From assembly GCA_030700155.1 (NCBI GenBank), contig JAUYJU010000027.1, forward strand, positions 5,954-69,953: DNA of 64,000 nucleotides, written 5' to 3'. Under the pieces are notes generated by a model. That model saw only the letters and a program-made list of their open reading frames with translations. It searched no databases and had not been told where the DNA came from. Position numbers and translations under genes: made by a program. This stretch comes from Candidatus Nanoarchaeia archaeon. Lineage in GTDB: Archaea; Nanobdellota; Nanobdellia; SCGC-AAA011-G17; JAUYJU01. This document shows positions 18,505 to 27,727 of the stretch, piece after piece (the stretch's first letter is position 1; the number at the start of each line of letters is the position of its first letter).

Positions 18505-19032
18505 ATGGATAAATTAGAAAAACAAAAATGTCCTTTCTGTTTTAAAGATTCATTAACTTTAATTGAAGATGAAACTGAAGTTCCTTACTTCGGTAAGTTA
18601 TTCGTATTCTCCATGGAATGTTCAAGTTGTAAGGCTAAACAAGCAGATGTAGAATCAGCAGAACAAAAAGAGCCATCTAAATACACTTTTACAGTAGAAT
18701 CAGAAAAAGATATGGAAATTAGAGTTGTAAAATCTTCCGCAGCAACAATAAAGATTCCTCAATTAAGAATGTCGTCTACTCCAGGGCCTGCATCAGAAGG
18801 TTATGTTTCAAATATTGAAGGTTTATTAGACAGATTTGTTGAAGTAATTGAACGTGAAAAAGAAACAACAGACGATGATACAGAAAGAAAACATGCAAAA
18901 AATCTTTTAAAGAAAATAAGAAAGATTAAGTATGGCGATATTCCATTAAAAATAATTATAGAAGATCCAACTGGAAATTCTGCAATAATCTCAGAAAAAG
19001 CAAATATAGAAAAATTAAAGGTTAAAAAATGA
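18505..19032 (+). CDS. ZPR1-type zinc-finger protein
   Basis: CPFC...CSSC zinc finger followed by the ZPR1 beta-rich domain. 175 aa. Confidence 0.6.
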   Translation: MDKLEKQKCPFCFKDSLTLIEDETEVPYFGKLFVFSMECSSCKAKQADVESAEQKEPSKYTFTVESEKDMEIRVVKSSAATIKIPQLRMSSTPGPASEGYVSNIEGLLDRFVEVIEREKETTDDDTERKHAKNLLKKIRKIKYGDIPLKIIIEDPTGNSAIISEKANIEKLKVKK

Positions 19033-19520
19033 AACAAAAAGAAGCATTATTTATAGCAGGAATTATTCTATTAGTTTCTCTCATAGCCCCAGTAAACACT
19101 GGATTTGTTATAGCAGATTTAGAAAAACCTCAAGTTAATTATGATTCAAATAAGTTCCCAATAATAACTGAAGAACATATTACTTATGTCCTATACGCAC
19201 TAGATGCTGAAAGCTTAAAAAAAATTATATTCACTTCTAACTACCCTCAGATGGAGATACTAACAGCAAGAACTAAAACTTACTACACTATTTATGTAGT
19301 AGATAACGAAATACAAACTTACAAAGGTCAAGCTACAGATCCGGACGGACAAATAAGATTGAGTGAAGAATCAATCGCCACTATTATCAATTCTGAAGAT
19401 CCTAAAGCAAAGGCTAAAGAACTTGCAAATCAGGGGTTAATAGGCTATACGCTATATTCTGGTTACACCGAATTGTTTTTAAAGGGTTATTGGAGTTTAT
19501 ACGATACTCTGAAAGCCTAA
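19029..19520 (+). CDS. Hypothetical membrane-anchored protein
   Basis: N-terminal transmembrane segment. 163 aa. Confidence 0.3.
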   Translation: MKQKEALFIAGIILLVSLIAPVNTGFVIADLEKPQVNYDSNKFPIITEEHITYVLYALDAESLKKIIFTSNYPQMEILTARTKTYYTIYVVDNEIQTYKGQATDPDGQIRLSEESIATIINSEDPKAKAKELANQGLIGYTLYSGYTELFLKGYWSLYDTLKA

Positions 19521-19521
19521 A

Positions 19522-20136
19522 ATGAAACTACTATTCTTACCGGCAAAAGCAAAAGCAGATGTTAAAAACTTTGTAGATAACATCAAAGTAAAAGGAAAAA
19601 TAGGTTTAGTTGCAGCAGTGCAATATGTTCATTTACTTCCAGAAATACAAAAATACATTCCAAATTCAATTATTGCGGGACAAGTTCTTGGTTGTAATGC
19701 AGAAAAACCTTACAAAGTTAAAGATCAAGTTGATGCTTTTCTGTATGTGGGTTCAGGAAGATTCCATCCAATAGCCGTTGCAATGATTACAAAAAAACCA
19801 ACTTATACTATTTCTCCAATAACAAAAGAATTTTCAAAAATAGACGAAAAAGAAATTCAAGATTATCAAAAGAAAAAACAAGGTAAACAATTAATGTTTA
19901 TGTCTGCTAAAAAGGTTGGAATTATAGTTTCAGTAAAACCAATACAACAATTATACAAAAAAGCATTGGAACTAAAAGCTAAATTAAAAAAAGAAGCTTT
20001 TATTTTTGTAACCAATACTTTTAATATAGGTGAATTTGAAAACTTTAATGATATAGATTGTTGGATTAATACTGCGTGTCCAAGAATTGAAGGCAAAAAC
20101 ATTATAAACCTTGAAGATTTACCACCATTAGAATGA
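19522..20136 (+). CDS. dph2: Dph2-like protein (diphthamide synthesis radical-SAM-type) that appears to lack the N-terminal domain
   Basis: Has LYVGSGRFHPIAVAM (the G-x-G-x-FH motif) plus Cys motifs (LGCN, TACPR) matching Dph2 domains 2 and 3. At 204 aa it is much shorter than the roughly 340 aa of typical Dph2. Confidence 0.5.
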   Translation: MKLLFLPAKAKADVKNFVDNIKVKGKIGLVAAVQYVHLLPEIQKYIPNSIIAGQVLGCNAEKPYKVKDQVDAFLYVGSGRFHPIAVAMITKKPTYTISPITKEFSKIDEKEIQDYQKKKQGKQLMFMSAKKVGIIVSVKPIQQLYKKALELKAKLKKEAFIFVTNTFNIGEFENFNDIDCWINTACPRIEGKNIINLEDLPPLE

Positions 20137-21647
20137 TTAGCATAGCAGACATTGCAAGATTTTGTAAAGAAAAGGGGTTTGTTTATCAAAATTCTGAAAT
20201 TTACAACCCTCTATCTGGATTCTGGGACTTTGGCCCTCTGGGTGTAGAACTAAAAAATAATATTAAATCTAATTGGTGGAAAAAGTTTGTTCAATCTCGC
20301 GAAGATGTGGTAGGTATTGACGGTGCTATATTTGCAGATAAAAGATTATGGGAAGCTTCAGGGCACATAGATAATTTCACTGACGCTTTAGTTGAATGTA
20401 AAAAATGTAAAACTAGATTCAGAGCAGATCAATTAATTGAAGACGAAATAAAGATGGATGTTGAAGGACTTTCTGAAGAAGATTTAACACAAATAATTAA
20501 AAAAGAAAATATCAAATGTTCAAAATGTCAATCAGAACTTGGCGATGCTAAAAAGTTTAACATGATGTTTAAGACCACTGTGGGTCCTGTTGAAGAAAAA
20601 ACAAATGAAGTTTTTTTAAGACCAGAAACTTGTGGATTAATATTTACTAATTTTAGATTAGTTCAGGAAAATGCAAGATTAAAGCTTCCATTTGGAATCG
20701 CACAAATTGGAAAAGCTTTCAGAAATGAAATATCTCCAAGAGATTTTTTATTCCGTTGCAGAGAATTTGAACAAATGGAAATGGAATTCTTTACCCATCC
20801 TAATAAAATAAATGATTGTCCTTATTACGATGAAGTAAAAGATATCAAAATAAATTTATTTTCAGCAGAAGATCAAAGTAAGGCTAAAAAAGAACATAAA
20901 AAAGCAAAGATTTCAGATTTAACAAAATTAACCTCTAAATGGCATACTTACTGGATTGCACAAGCTTACAAATGGTTCATTGATTTAGGAGTTAATCCAG
21001 AAAACTTAAGAATAACTCAACATCCAAAAGAGAAATTAGCACATTATGCTTCAGCATGTTTTGATATTGATTATAAATTTCCTTTCGGTTGGAAAGAAAT
21101 TTATGGTAATGCAGATCGTGGTCAATACGACTTAAACCAGCACATTAAATATTCAAAAAGAGATTTATCTATTTTTGATGAAGAAACAAAAGAAAAAGTA
21201 GTTCCTCGTGTAGCTTCAGAACCTTCTCAAGGGGTAGATCGTGCTTTCTTGACTTTTATCTTCGATGCTTATAATGACGACAAAGAACGTGGAAATATAG
21301 TTTTAAAACTGCATCCAAAACTAGCTCCAATTAAAGTGGGTATTTTCCCTTTAGTTAACAAAGTTAAAGATGAAGCTAAAGAAGTTTTCAATGATATAAA
21401 GGAAGAATTTCAAGCAACATTTGATAGTTCAGGTTCTGTTGGAAGAAGATACGCAAGAGCAGATGAAATCGGGATTCCATACTGTGTAACTTATGATTTT
21501 GATACTAAAGAAAAGGGAATTATTACTATCAGGGATAGAGATACAACAAAACAGATTACAATCAAATTAACAAATCTAAAGGAAACATTAAGAAAACTAT
21601 TAAACAAAGAAATTGAGTTTGAAAAAGCCGGTAAATTGGTCAAATAA
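20133..21647 (+). CDS. glyS: Glycyl-tRNA synthetase (archaeal/eukaryotic type)
   Basis: 504 aa with class II synthetase motifs and a GlyRS-like N-terminus (YQNSEIYNPLSGFWDFGPLG). Confidence 0.9.
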   Translation: MISIADIARFCKEKGFVYQNSEIYNPLSGFWDFGPLGVELKNNIKSNWWKKFVQSREDVVGIDGAIFADKRLWEASGHIDNFTDALVECKKCKTRFRADQLIEDEIKMDVEGLSEEDLTQIIKKENIKCSKCQSELGDAKKFNMMFKTTVGPVEEKTNEVFLRPETCGLIFTNFRLVQENARLKLPFGIAQIGKAFRNEISPRDFLFRCREFEQMEMEFFTHPNKINDCPYYDEVKDIKINLFSAEDQSKAKKEHKKAKISDLTKLTSKWHTYWIAQAYKWFIDLGVNPENLRITQHPKEKLAHYASACFDIDYKFPFGWKEIYGNADRGQYDLNQHIKYSKRDLSIFDEETKEKVVPRVASEPSQGVDRAFLTFIFDAYNDDKERGNIVLKLHPKLAPIKVGIFPLVNKVKDEAKEVFNDIKEEFQATFDSSGSVGRRYARADEIGIPYCVTYDFDTKEKGIITIRDRDTTKQITIKLTNLKETLRKLLNKEIEFEKAGKLVK

Positions 21648-21680
21648 GTTTTTAAATCCTAAACTAGACTTCCAAACTAT

Positions 21681-21755
21681 GGGCCGGTAATTCAACCTGG
21701 CTAGAATGCTCGGCTGGCAGTCGAGATGCTCCGCGTTCAAATCGCGGCCGGTCCA
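21681..21755 (+). tRNA. tRNA-Ala (anticodon GGC)
   Basis: Manual fold gives an acceptor stem with the G3:U70 alanine identity pair, D-stem ATTC/GAAT, anticodon loop CTGGCAG and TΨC arm CCGCG/TTCAAAT/CGCGG. Confidence 0.85.
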
Positions 21756-21757
21756 TT

Positions 21758-22159
21758 TTATTTTTTCATTATAATATACTTGTTTCCAAAAAGATTAACA
21801 AATTTAATTCTTTGATATATTGGATAAGGTGCACTTTCAACTCTTTTATAGCCAAATTTTCTATAAAAACTTTCTAAATCAGTCAAACAAGTTACATAAG
21901 AAGCAGGATGTTCTTTTAAGAAATATCTGATAACTTTTCCAGCATAACCCTTTCCCCTATAAACTTTTTTTGTTACAACGGTTCCAAGTTCAACACTGGT
22001 TTTCCAATCTTTAACAGTACAAAAAGAAATAAGCTCAGCTTTATCATACAAAGCATAAACCTCAGAATTCTTAAATATACTCCAAGGGTCCAATCTCTCT
22101 TTTATTATCAACCAGATAAATTCAAAATCTTTCCAAACCTTAGTCTTTTTAATATGCAT
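21758..22159 (-). CDS. GNAT-family N-acetyltransferase
   Basis: Has the acetyl-CoA motif A-like segment RGKGYAGKV. 133 aa. Confidence 0.7.
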   Translation of the reverse strand: MHIKKTKVWKDFEFIWLIIKERLDPWSIFKNSEVYALYDKAELISFCTVKDWKTSVELGTVVTKKVYRGKGYAGKVIRYFLKEHPASYVTCLTDLESFYRKFGYKRVESAPYPIYQRIKFVNLFGNKYIIMKK

Positions 22160-22211
22160 TAATCTTTATTACTAAGATAAATTTATAAAGCTAGCTGATA
22201 CAAATTAATTT

Positions 22212-22610
22212 ATGCCAGACTGCATATTTTGCAAGATAATTAAAGGTGAAATTCCTTGTAACAAAATCTACGAAGATAAAGATACTTTAGCTTTTCTAGA
22301 TATCAATCCAGTAAATCCAGGTCATGTTTTAGTTATCCCAAAAGAACATTACAAACTAATGCACGATGTTCCTGACGAAACTCTAAGTAAGGTTTTTATT
22401 AAATCTAAAGATTTAATGACTACTATTAAAAAAGCTACGAAAGCAGACTATGTAGCTGTTTCTATCGTAGGACTAGATGTTCCCCATTTTCATGTTCATT
22501 TGGTCCCAAGGTACTTTAATGATGGTATGGCGGCTTTCTGGCCAACTAAGAAATATAATGAAGGCGAAGCAGAAAAGCTAGCAATCAAAATCAAAAGCCT
22601 TTTAAAATAA
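22212..22610 (+). CDS. HIT-family (histidine triad) hydrolase
   Basis: Has the CIFCKII start and the HFHVHLVP histidine-triad motif. Confidence 0.85.
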   Translation: MPDCIFCKIIKGEIPCNKIYEDKDTLAFLDINPVNPGHVLVIPKEHYKLMHDVPDETLSKVFIKSKDLMTTIKKATKADYVAVSIVGLDVPHFHVHLVPRYFNDGMAAFWPTKKYNEGEAEKLAIKIKSLLK

Positions 22611-22630
22611 CTTTATTCTTGTATCCTTAT

Positions 22631-22705
22631 GCCTCGGTAGCTCAGCCTGGCTAGAGCACAAGTCTCATACGCTTGGGGTCGGGAGTTCAAATCTCCCCTG
22701 AGGCA
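22631..22705 (+). tRNA. tRNA with CAU anticodon (elongator Met or Ile2)
   Basis: Clean cloverleaf: acceptor GCCTCGG/CTGAGGC, D-stem GCTC/GAGC, anticodon loop CTCATAC and TΨC arm GGGAG/TTCAAAT/CTCCC. G1:C72 argues against an initiator. Confidence 0.8.
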
Positions 22706-22713
22706 TTTTTGAT

Positions 22714-23541
22714 ATGTTCAACGAGTATAAGGAAAATATGATTTATTTTGAATTCAGGTTTGGGAGGGCCATTATACCAACCAAAATATTAAATTCAAAA
22801 GAAGTAGATTTCTTAAGAAAGAAAGATATTAAAAAGAACGATAAATTAGATAGATATTATGGGGATGTTTACGATTTACCAACTATATTTTATAACTCTA
22901 CAGCAACTAATTTTTTTGACATAAAAGTTCCAAGGTATGTTCAAGCATTATCCTCAGAGCCATTTTCAAGTGTATTTGAACACTATAATAAGGATTATAA
23001 TAAAGAAGTTTTAAAATCAGAAATAAAGTTATTCCAGCAAGATTTAGAAGAGTTAGATATTAATCCATTTTATAATCACCTATTTAACCTAAGTAATATA
23101 AATATTAGTTTTGATAAAGAATCGAACGTGGGTAGTCATTTTGATTTTAATTCAAGATCTATTATTTACGGAGAGGCTTTCAAGAAAAACCTTAGTGATT
23201 TAGACTGGTTCACAATCAGTTTTATGCACGAACTTTATCACCTTATTGAAGTAGAACTTGAAAATAAAGTAAAGGAAAGCTTTGACAATGGAAGGTGGAA
23301 GTTAAGAAGTTTAGGCGTCAAAGATACAAAAAACAAAATAAATAATCTTAGTTGGGCATATAACCAAAATAATTACGGTTCCTTGCACCTTGCAGAATTA
23401 CTAGCGGCATTAACTTTTATAAGAAAACCAGAGGTTAAAGAAAAGATCCTGCCCTACCACCACTCTTTATGTGAAAGACTAGATTCAAACTACATGCCCC
23501 TATTTCCTTCAGAAGGACTAAATGTTTGGGGAAAACCTTAA
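22714..23541 (+). CDS. Hypothetical protein with an HExxH motif (possible metallopeptidase-like)
   Basis: Contains FMHELYHLIE. Otherwise unrecognised. 275 aa. Confidence 0.35.
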   Translation: MFNEYKENMIYFEFRFGRAIIPTKILNSKEVDFLRKKDIKKNDKLDRYYGDVYDLPTIFYNSTATNFFDIKVPRYVQALSSEPFSSVFEHYNKDYNKEVLKSEIKLFQQDLEELDINPFYNHLFNLSNINISFDKESNVGSHFDFNSRSIIYGEAFKKNLSDLDWFTISFMHELYHLIEVELENKVKESFDNGRWKLRSLGVKDTKNKINNLSWAYNQNNYGSLHLAELLAALTFIRKPEVKEKILPYHHSLCERLDSNYMPLFPSEGLNVWGKP

Positions 23542-23565
23542 ATATTATTAATACTTCTAAGTCCT

Positions 23566-23889
23566 ATGGGAGTAGAATACGTATTTGAACCATCACACGT
23601 TCTAGAATTCGACACGTATTATCCTGTAGCAAACATTGATGAATCCGGAAACGTAACTATAACAATGGGAATTATTAGGGTTAAAGAACAATTATACACC
23701 TTTTATAGCAGACAGAAATCCCCAATTGCTCCAACCCAAATAATACAAAAAAACAATAATGCATCTAATTCAAGAAAATTTTCTGGTGTAGGAGACCCTT
23801 TAGACAGGATTAGTGGACCAAGTCCATTGGATAAAATAATTTGCCAAGAACCATTGAGTAGACTAACGATAGAAGATTTAGTTCAATAA
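23566..23889 (+). CDS. Hypothetical protein
   Basis: 107-aa ORF. Confidence 0.25.
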   Translation: MGVEYVFEPSHVLEFDTYYPVANIDESGNVTITMGIIRVKEQLYTFYSRQKSPIAPTQIIQKNNNASNSRKFSGVGDPLDRISGPSPLDKIICQEPLSRLTIEDLVQ

Positions 23890-24338
23890 TCAAAACCGTT
23901 TATCCAATCAAATAATAGATATAATTCAAGTTGATTGAGTTCTGCATCGAAATTAAGTTTAGTTTTAATATCTTCTAATAATTTAGGTTTTAAAGATTCT
24001 AAAATTTCAAAACTTGGAAGTTTTTTTGCAAAATTAATATAACTTTCATTTGCAACAGTATAACCAACTAAAGCTTCATTTTCAAAATGTCGCCCTTTGT
24101 TATATCCACCATAACCCATTAACCAAATCCCTAAAAGAGGATTTTCTAAATCAACATCAGCAGTACCTTTTACACTGCCATGCACAAGATCTGCTCCAAA
24201 TTTAGGTATTTCACCAACAGTAGAAATCAATTTCCCATTTACTCTATAAAGCTTATCTTCTTCAACAACTTCAGCAGATAACTTTAATCCAAGAACATTA
24301 TAAATTTCACCTTGAGTTCCCATTTTATTTTCCACCAC
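23883..24338 (-). CDS. Hypothetical protein
   Basis: 151 aa. Overlaps the upstream gene by 14 nt, suggesting an operon. Confidence 0.3.
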   Translation of the reverse strand: MVENKMGTQGEIYNVLGLKLSAEVVEEDKLYRVNGKLISTVGEIPKFGADLVHGSVKGTADVDLENPLLGIWLMGYGGYNKGRHFENEALVGYTVANESYINFAKKLPSFEILESLKPKLLEDIKTKLNFDAELNQLELYLLFDWINGFDY

Positions 24339-25101
24339 GCTTTATAACTCTATTTCTCATAGCAACACAAAATTTCAAAGGATCAGCTCCAACATCCATA
24401 TCAAAGCTGTAACCTTTTTCTTTTGCCAACTCATATAAGTAATGTCCCCAGAAATAAGAGATCATTGTAGTCTCACTTGGATGATAATCTTCATCAAATT
24501 CATCCCACTCCATTTCCATCAAAGTATCTTCACAAGGCCCACCAGAAGGTTCATACAAAATTGCTTTTTGTAAAACAGATACGGGATAATCTTTCAAAAC
24601 TTCATGAATAATCTTTGGTTCTTTGAGAACGGGAATTTCTCCAGACATATGCAACATCATCGCTTCATGATACTTATTAAAGAAAGGTTTCCAATGTTCT
24701 TCCATATTTTGTCTAGTTTCCATAACATCAACATCTCTAAATTTTTCCCAAGCACTACGCTCTTTGCTTTTTTTGTCAAGACCTTGGCCAAGTGTATCAT
24801 AAACTAAAAAAATTGAATCATAAAAAGTAGGTGGTGAAGCAACAGGCCCCCTCTTCCAGCCTTTCAAAATAGTTTCATAATCTATCTTAGATTGAAAAGA
24901 ATAAACAACTCCTTCAAGATCCTTAACTAATCTAAAAGTAGCAGAACTTTCAGAAACTTCAACAACAAAACCTTTAGTTCTAAATGCTTCTAAAAAGGCC
25001 CACAATCCAATATTTGGATGAATTGGTAAGTTAATCTGCCAAGCTAATTCATTTAGTTCAGGACCTACAAAATTATACAAATCTAATTCAAGTTTTTCCA
25101 T
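24325..25101 (-). CDS. Hypothetical protein
   Basis: 258 aa. No recognised motif. Confidence 0.3.
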   Translation of the reverse strand: MEKLELDLYNFVGPELNELAWQINLPIHPNIGLWAFLEAFRTKGFVVEVSESSATFRLVKDLEGVVYSFQSKIDYETILKGWKRGPVASPPTFYDSIFLVYDTLGQGLDKKSKERSAWEKFRDVDVMETRQNMEEHWKPFFNKYHEAMMLHMSGEIPVLKEPKIIHEVLKDYPVSVLQKAILYEPSGGPCEDTLMEMEWDEFDEDYHPSETTMISYFWGHYLYELAKEKGYSFDMDVGADPLKFCVAMRNRVIKRGGK

Positions 25102-25103
25102 TC

Positions 25104-25343
25104 TTACTTCTTGCCTAATTTAATCTCTATAGTAGAAACTCTTACTTGCTTTCCTTCAGTATTTTGAAATTCCTCAGAATTAATAGCAATGTCTTTAACT
25201 TCAACTTGCCCTTCTAAAAATCTTCTAGTAGCTACTTCAGCTATATCTACTGCCCTAGAAATAAATTTACCTCTAGCTTTAACTGTAACTTCACTAGCAC
25301 CTTGGGTTGTGAATTGCATCACCACACCTGTCACGTAGTTCAA
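25104..25343 (-). CDS. albA: Alba (Sso10b-family DNA/RNA-binding protein)
   Basis: KARGKFISRAVDIAEVATRRF...VSTIEIKLGKK matches the Alba core. The ORF begins at a TTG, and an in-frame stop lies immediately upstream. Confidence 0.6.
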   Translation of the reverse strand: MNYVTGVVMQFTTQGASEVTVKARGKFISRAVDIAEVATRRFLEGQVEVKDIAINSEEFQNTEGKQVRVSTIEIKLGKK

Positions 25344-25364
25344 TCTTCAAGAGCAAGCACGCAA

Positions 25365-26333
25365 CTACGCTCTTTTAAAAGGTTTACTACCGACAAACAC
25401 AGTATGTTCTTCACTAACGCGGGTTGGTTTTTCTGTCATTTTATTGTCCTCCGTCTTAGCTTTAATTGAAGTAACTTGTTCAGTTATCCTCCTCTGCTTT
25501 CTCTTTATTGTAAAACCAATAAGGGCATTATAATTTAAAACGCTGTCTTTCCTGTAGATGTTTAAGTAATAGTATGGTTTTCCCGCTGGAGTTTTAGATT
25601 GAGTTATTGTAGACAAAACAGATAAACTTTCTAATAATTTTTTGACCAATAAAACTAATTCTTTCTTAGTGTTAAAAAAACGTATGCCTCTATCCAACAC
25701 ATGAGCTTCACTATCAAACAACCCCCTCAAAAAAGAGCATTTAATATTCTGCGAAAAATCAATTAATTTATTTATGTCAACTTTTTTTAGAAAAGAACTG
25801 GCCTCTTTAGAATCTATATAAGTCAAATATTGCAACTTTCTACTTTTAATGCCTTCGGAAAGTTTTAGTTTTCTTGTAGTGTATCTTGCTTCAAACTTAC
25901 TCCATTTTTCTAAATTTGCTTTAAATTCTAAAACAAAATCTTCATCAGTTGCACTTAACATTACTCTTCTTTGTTTTGTACTTATATGCCCATCTCCATA
26001 GACTACGCCCAATATATATGCTAATTCTTCACTCATGGTTTTAGCTCTTTCTGGTAGTCGTTTGGTTCTAAGCTCAGCAGAAATTTGCACAGCCTTATGT
26101 TGAGTCAATTTGTTCATGGCACGCATTCTTTCAACATTTTCAATTGAATTAGAAGCCCTGATTCTCTTTTCAGAAAAATAATAAGGTTTCATGCCTCGAT
26201 TTATCCAACCTTCCACTGTACTCCTGTTAGGCAGATTTAAAAGTTTAGAAATTCTCTGACTGCCATATCCCTTATTTTTTAATTCCATGGATTTGGTATA
26301 CTGTTCTAAGGTATACTTAGTTATTTCAGTCAA
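25365..26333 (-). CDS. Free-standing protein with an N-terminal HTH and two LAGLIDADG motifs (homing-endonuclease fold)
   Basis: Two LAGLIDADG-type motifs, LAYILGVVYGDGHIS and FLRGLFDSEAHV, plus an N-terminal HTH-like segment (GYGSQRISKLLNLPNRSTVEGWI). It is not inserted in a host gene. Confidence 0.6.
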   Translation of the reverse strand: MTEITKYTLEQYTKSMELKNKGYGSQRISKLLNLPNRSTVEGWINRGMKPYYFSEKRIRASNSIENVERMRAMNKLTQHKAVQISAELRTKRLPERAKTMSEELAYILGVVYGDGHISTKQRRVMLSATDEDFVLEFKANLEKWSKFEARYTTRKLKLSEGIKSRKLQYLTYIDSKEASSFLKKVDINKLIDFSQNIKCSFLRGLFDSEAHVLDRGIRFFNTKKELVLLVKKLLESLSVLSTITQSKTPAGKPYYYLNIYRKDSVLNYNALIGFTIKRKQRRITEQVTSIKAKTEDNKMTEKPTRVSEEHTVFVGSKPFKRA

Positions 26334-26354
26334 TGTACCCCTTTTTTGTTAAAA

Positions 26355-26549
26355 TTATTTAGCTTCTTCTTGTTTTACTAACCTTGTGATATATCCAGCA
26401 ATAACATTCTTCATTTTCTTGCTTGGAACATCAGCTAACTCAGCTACAGCAACTTTATCTTGCGCAAAGTTACCAGTAAACTTAGTTTTGTGTATAGTAA
26501 ATAGCTTCTTAGCTGTTCTCTTAATCAGTGTAGTCTTTATTCTTCCCAT
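26355..26549 (-). CDS. rps17e: 30S ribosomal protein S17e
   Basis: MGRIKTTLIKRTAKKL...AGYITRL matches S17e. Confidence 0.85.
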   Translation of the reverse strand: MGRIKTTLIKRTAKKLFTIHKTKFTGNFAQDKVAVAELADVPSKKMKNVIAGYITRLVKQEEAK

Positions 26550-26567
26550 ACCACTATATAGGACTCA

Positions 26568-26588
26568 CAGGCTATTTAAAGTTTTCCT
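26568..26588 (-). promoter_or_regulatory. Archaeal promoter core (BRE/TATA, AAGGAAAACTTTAAATAGCCT on the coding strand) upstream of rps17e
   Basis: The TTTAAATA TATA box lies about 25 nt upstream of the ATG, which implies a leaderless transcript. The same 21-mer recurs at 27707..27727. Confidence 0.45.
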
Positions 26589-26615
26589 TAAGTAATAATA
26601 ATAGCAAGAATATGG

Positions 26616-27170
26616 CTAATACTTACCTCCAAACTCGTCTTCATAAATACGCTCAAAATCCCTAAATTTACCCATTAGGTAACCTTTGTCTTTTTGGTAA
26701 CCCCTTAAAAATAATCCAAAGCGATTTTGAATATCCAAAAAACTATAATTCTTCTCCGAGATGATATGTTGAATATCTTTTGCATCGTCACTATCAAATC
26801 TACCAATTTTGGATACTAAAACGTCCAATGGATCCAAAGCATAAAGTTTAATATGTTTTAGTCCCACATTCAATTTCTCAATTTCAGTACTACGTTGTTT
26901 ATAATCAGAAGGTAACTTATAGAAAGGAGAAATTCTTCCTTTAGGCGAAACATCAATTCTAACTCCAAGTTTTTCGTGTAAGAATTTCTTAATTTCAGCA
27001 CGAGTAGCTTTGTCAGCATCAATAATTAAATCAATATCTTCAGAAGTAGTTTTTAATCCCAAAAAAGTTAAAGAAGTTCCGCCAAAAGCAACGATATCAA
27101 CTCTATTTTTAAGTTGTTTATCTAATTCTTTAAGATTTATTTTTAATATTTGGTAGTCAATTTTTTCCAT
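26616..27170 (-). CDS. Minimal nucleotidyltransferase (pol-beta superfamily)
   Basis: IVAFGGTSLTFLGLKTTSEDIDLIID fits the hG[GS]...DhD nucleotidyltransferase motif. 184 aa. Its start overlaps the stop of the upstream gene. Confidence 0.45.
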   Translation of the reverse strand: MEKIDYQILKINLKELDKQLKNRVDIVAFGGTSLTFLGLKTTSEDIDLIIDADKATRAEIKKFLHEKLGVRIDVSPKGRISPFYKLPSDYKQRSTEIEKLNVGLKHIKLYALDPLDVLVSKIGRFDSDDAKDIQHIISEKNYSFLDIQNRFGLFLRGYQKDKGYLMGKFRDFERIYEDEFGGKY

Positions 27171-27688
27171 TAGGCGGATTTACAATAAAGATCTACCCTA
27201 TCGCACCTTTTATCTAAATCATAAACAATAGGCACACCACATTTTTTAGCTACAGGACTAGCGGAATTCCTGATCCATTGTTTGCGGCCTTTAGAATAAG
27301 ATGCAATTTCATTTTCCAAAGAACGAGTATATTCTATAAATAGAGGTAAATATCTTTTTAAAGTTTCAGCATGTTTTTTCTTGCCCTTAATTTCTAAGGC
27401 AGGAATATAATCTCTCATCAACCAATGAACTCTATGACCTATATCTGCTTCAACAGCCTTATCATGTAAACTGTAAAAATCAAAATTTGGAGATGTAATA
27501 ACTGCAATCAAAGCTCCAACATAACGAGGTTCTACAGTAAGATAATTTTGTAAAACGTCAACAACTAAGTCCTCTCCACTAATTTTTCTGAAATTTTTAT
27601 TTACCTTATGACCAAAAAATTTAACATTGTAACTAAAGAAATTATCCATTACCCCTTCTGGATTTAACCTAGCAGTAACTTGAGTCAT
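27170..27688 (-). CDS. Hypothetical protein with HD-like histidine/aspartate motifs
   Basis: FFGHKV...SLHDKAVEADIGHRVHW resembles an HD-phosphohydrolase metal site. This is weak. Confidence 0.3.
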   Translation of the reverse strand: MTQVTARLNPEGVMDNFFSYNVKFFGHKVNKNFRKISGEDLVVDVLQNYLTVEPRYVGALIAVITSPNFDFYSLHDKAVEADIGHRVHWLMRDYIPALEIKGKKKHAETLKRYLPLFIEYTRSLENEIASYSKGRKQWIRNSASPVAKKCGVPIVYDLDKRCDRVDLYCKSA

Positions 27689-27706
27689 AAAATGCTAGTA
27701 GTAAAT

Positions 27707-27727
27707 AGGCTATTTAAAGTTTTCCTT
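27707..27727 (-). promoter_or_regulatory. Second copy of the 21-bp BRE/TATA promoter core, upstream of the gene starting at 27688
   Basis: Identical to the 21-mer upstream of rps17e. The TATA box lies about 25 nt upstream of the ATG. Confidence 0.45.
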
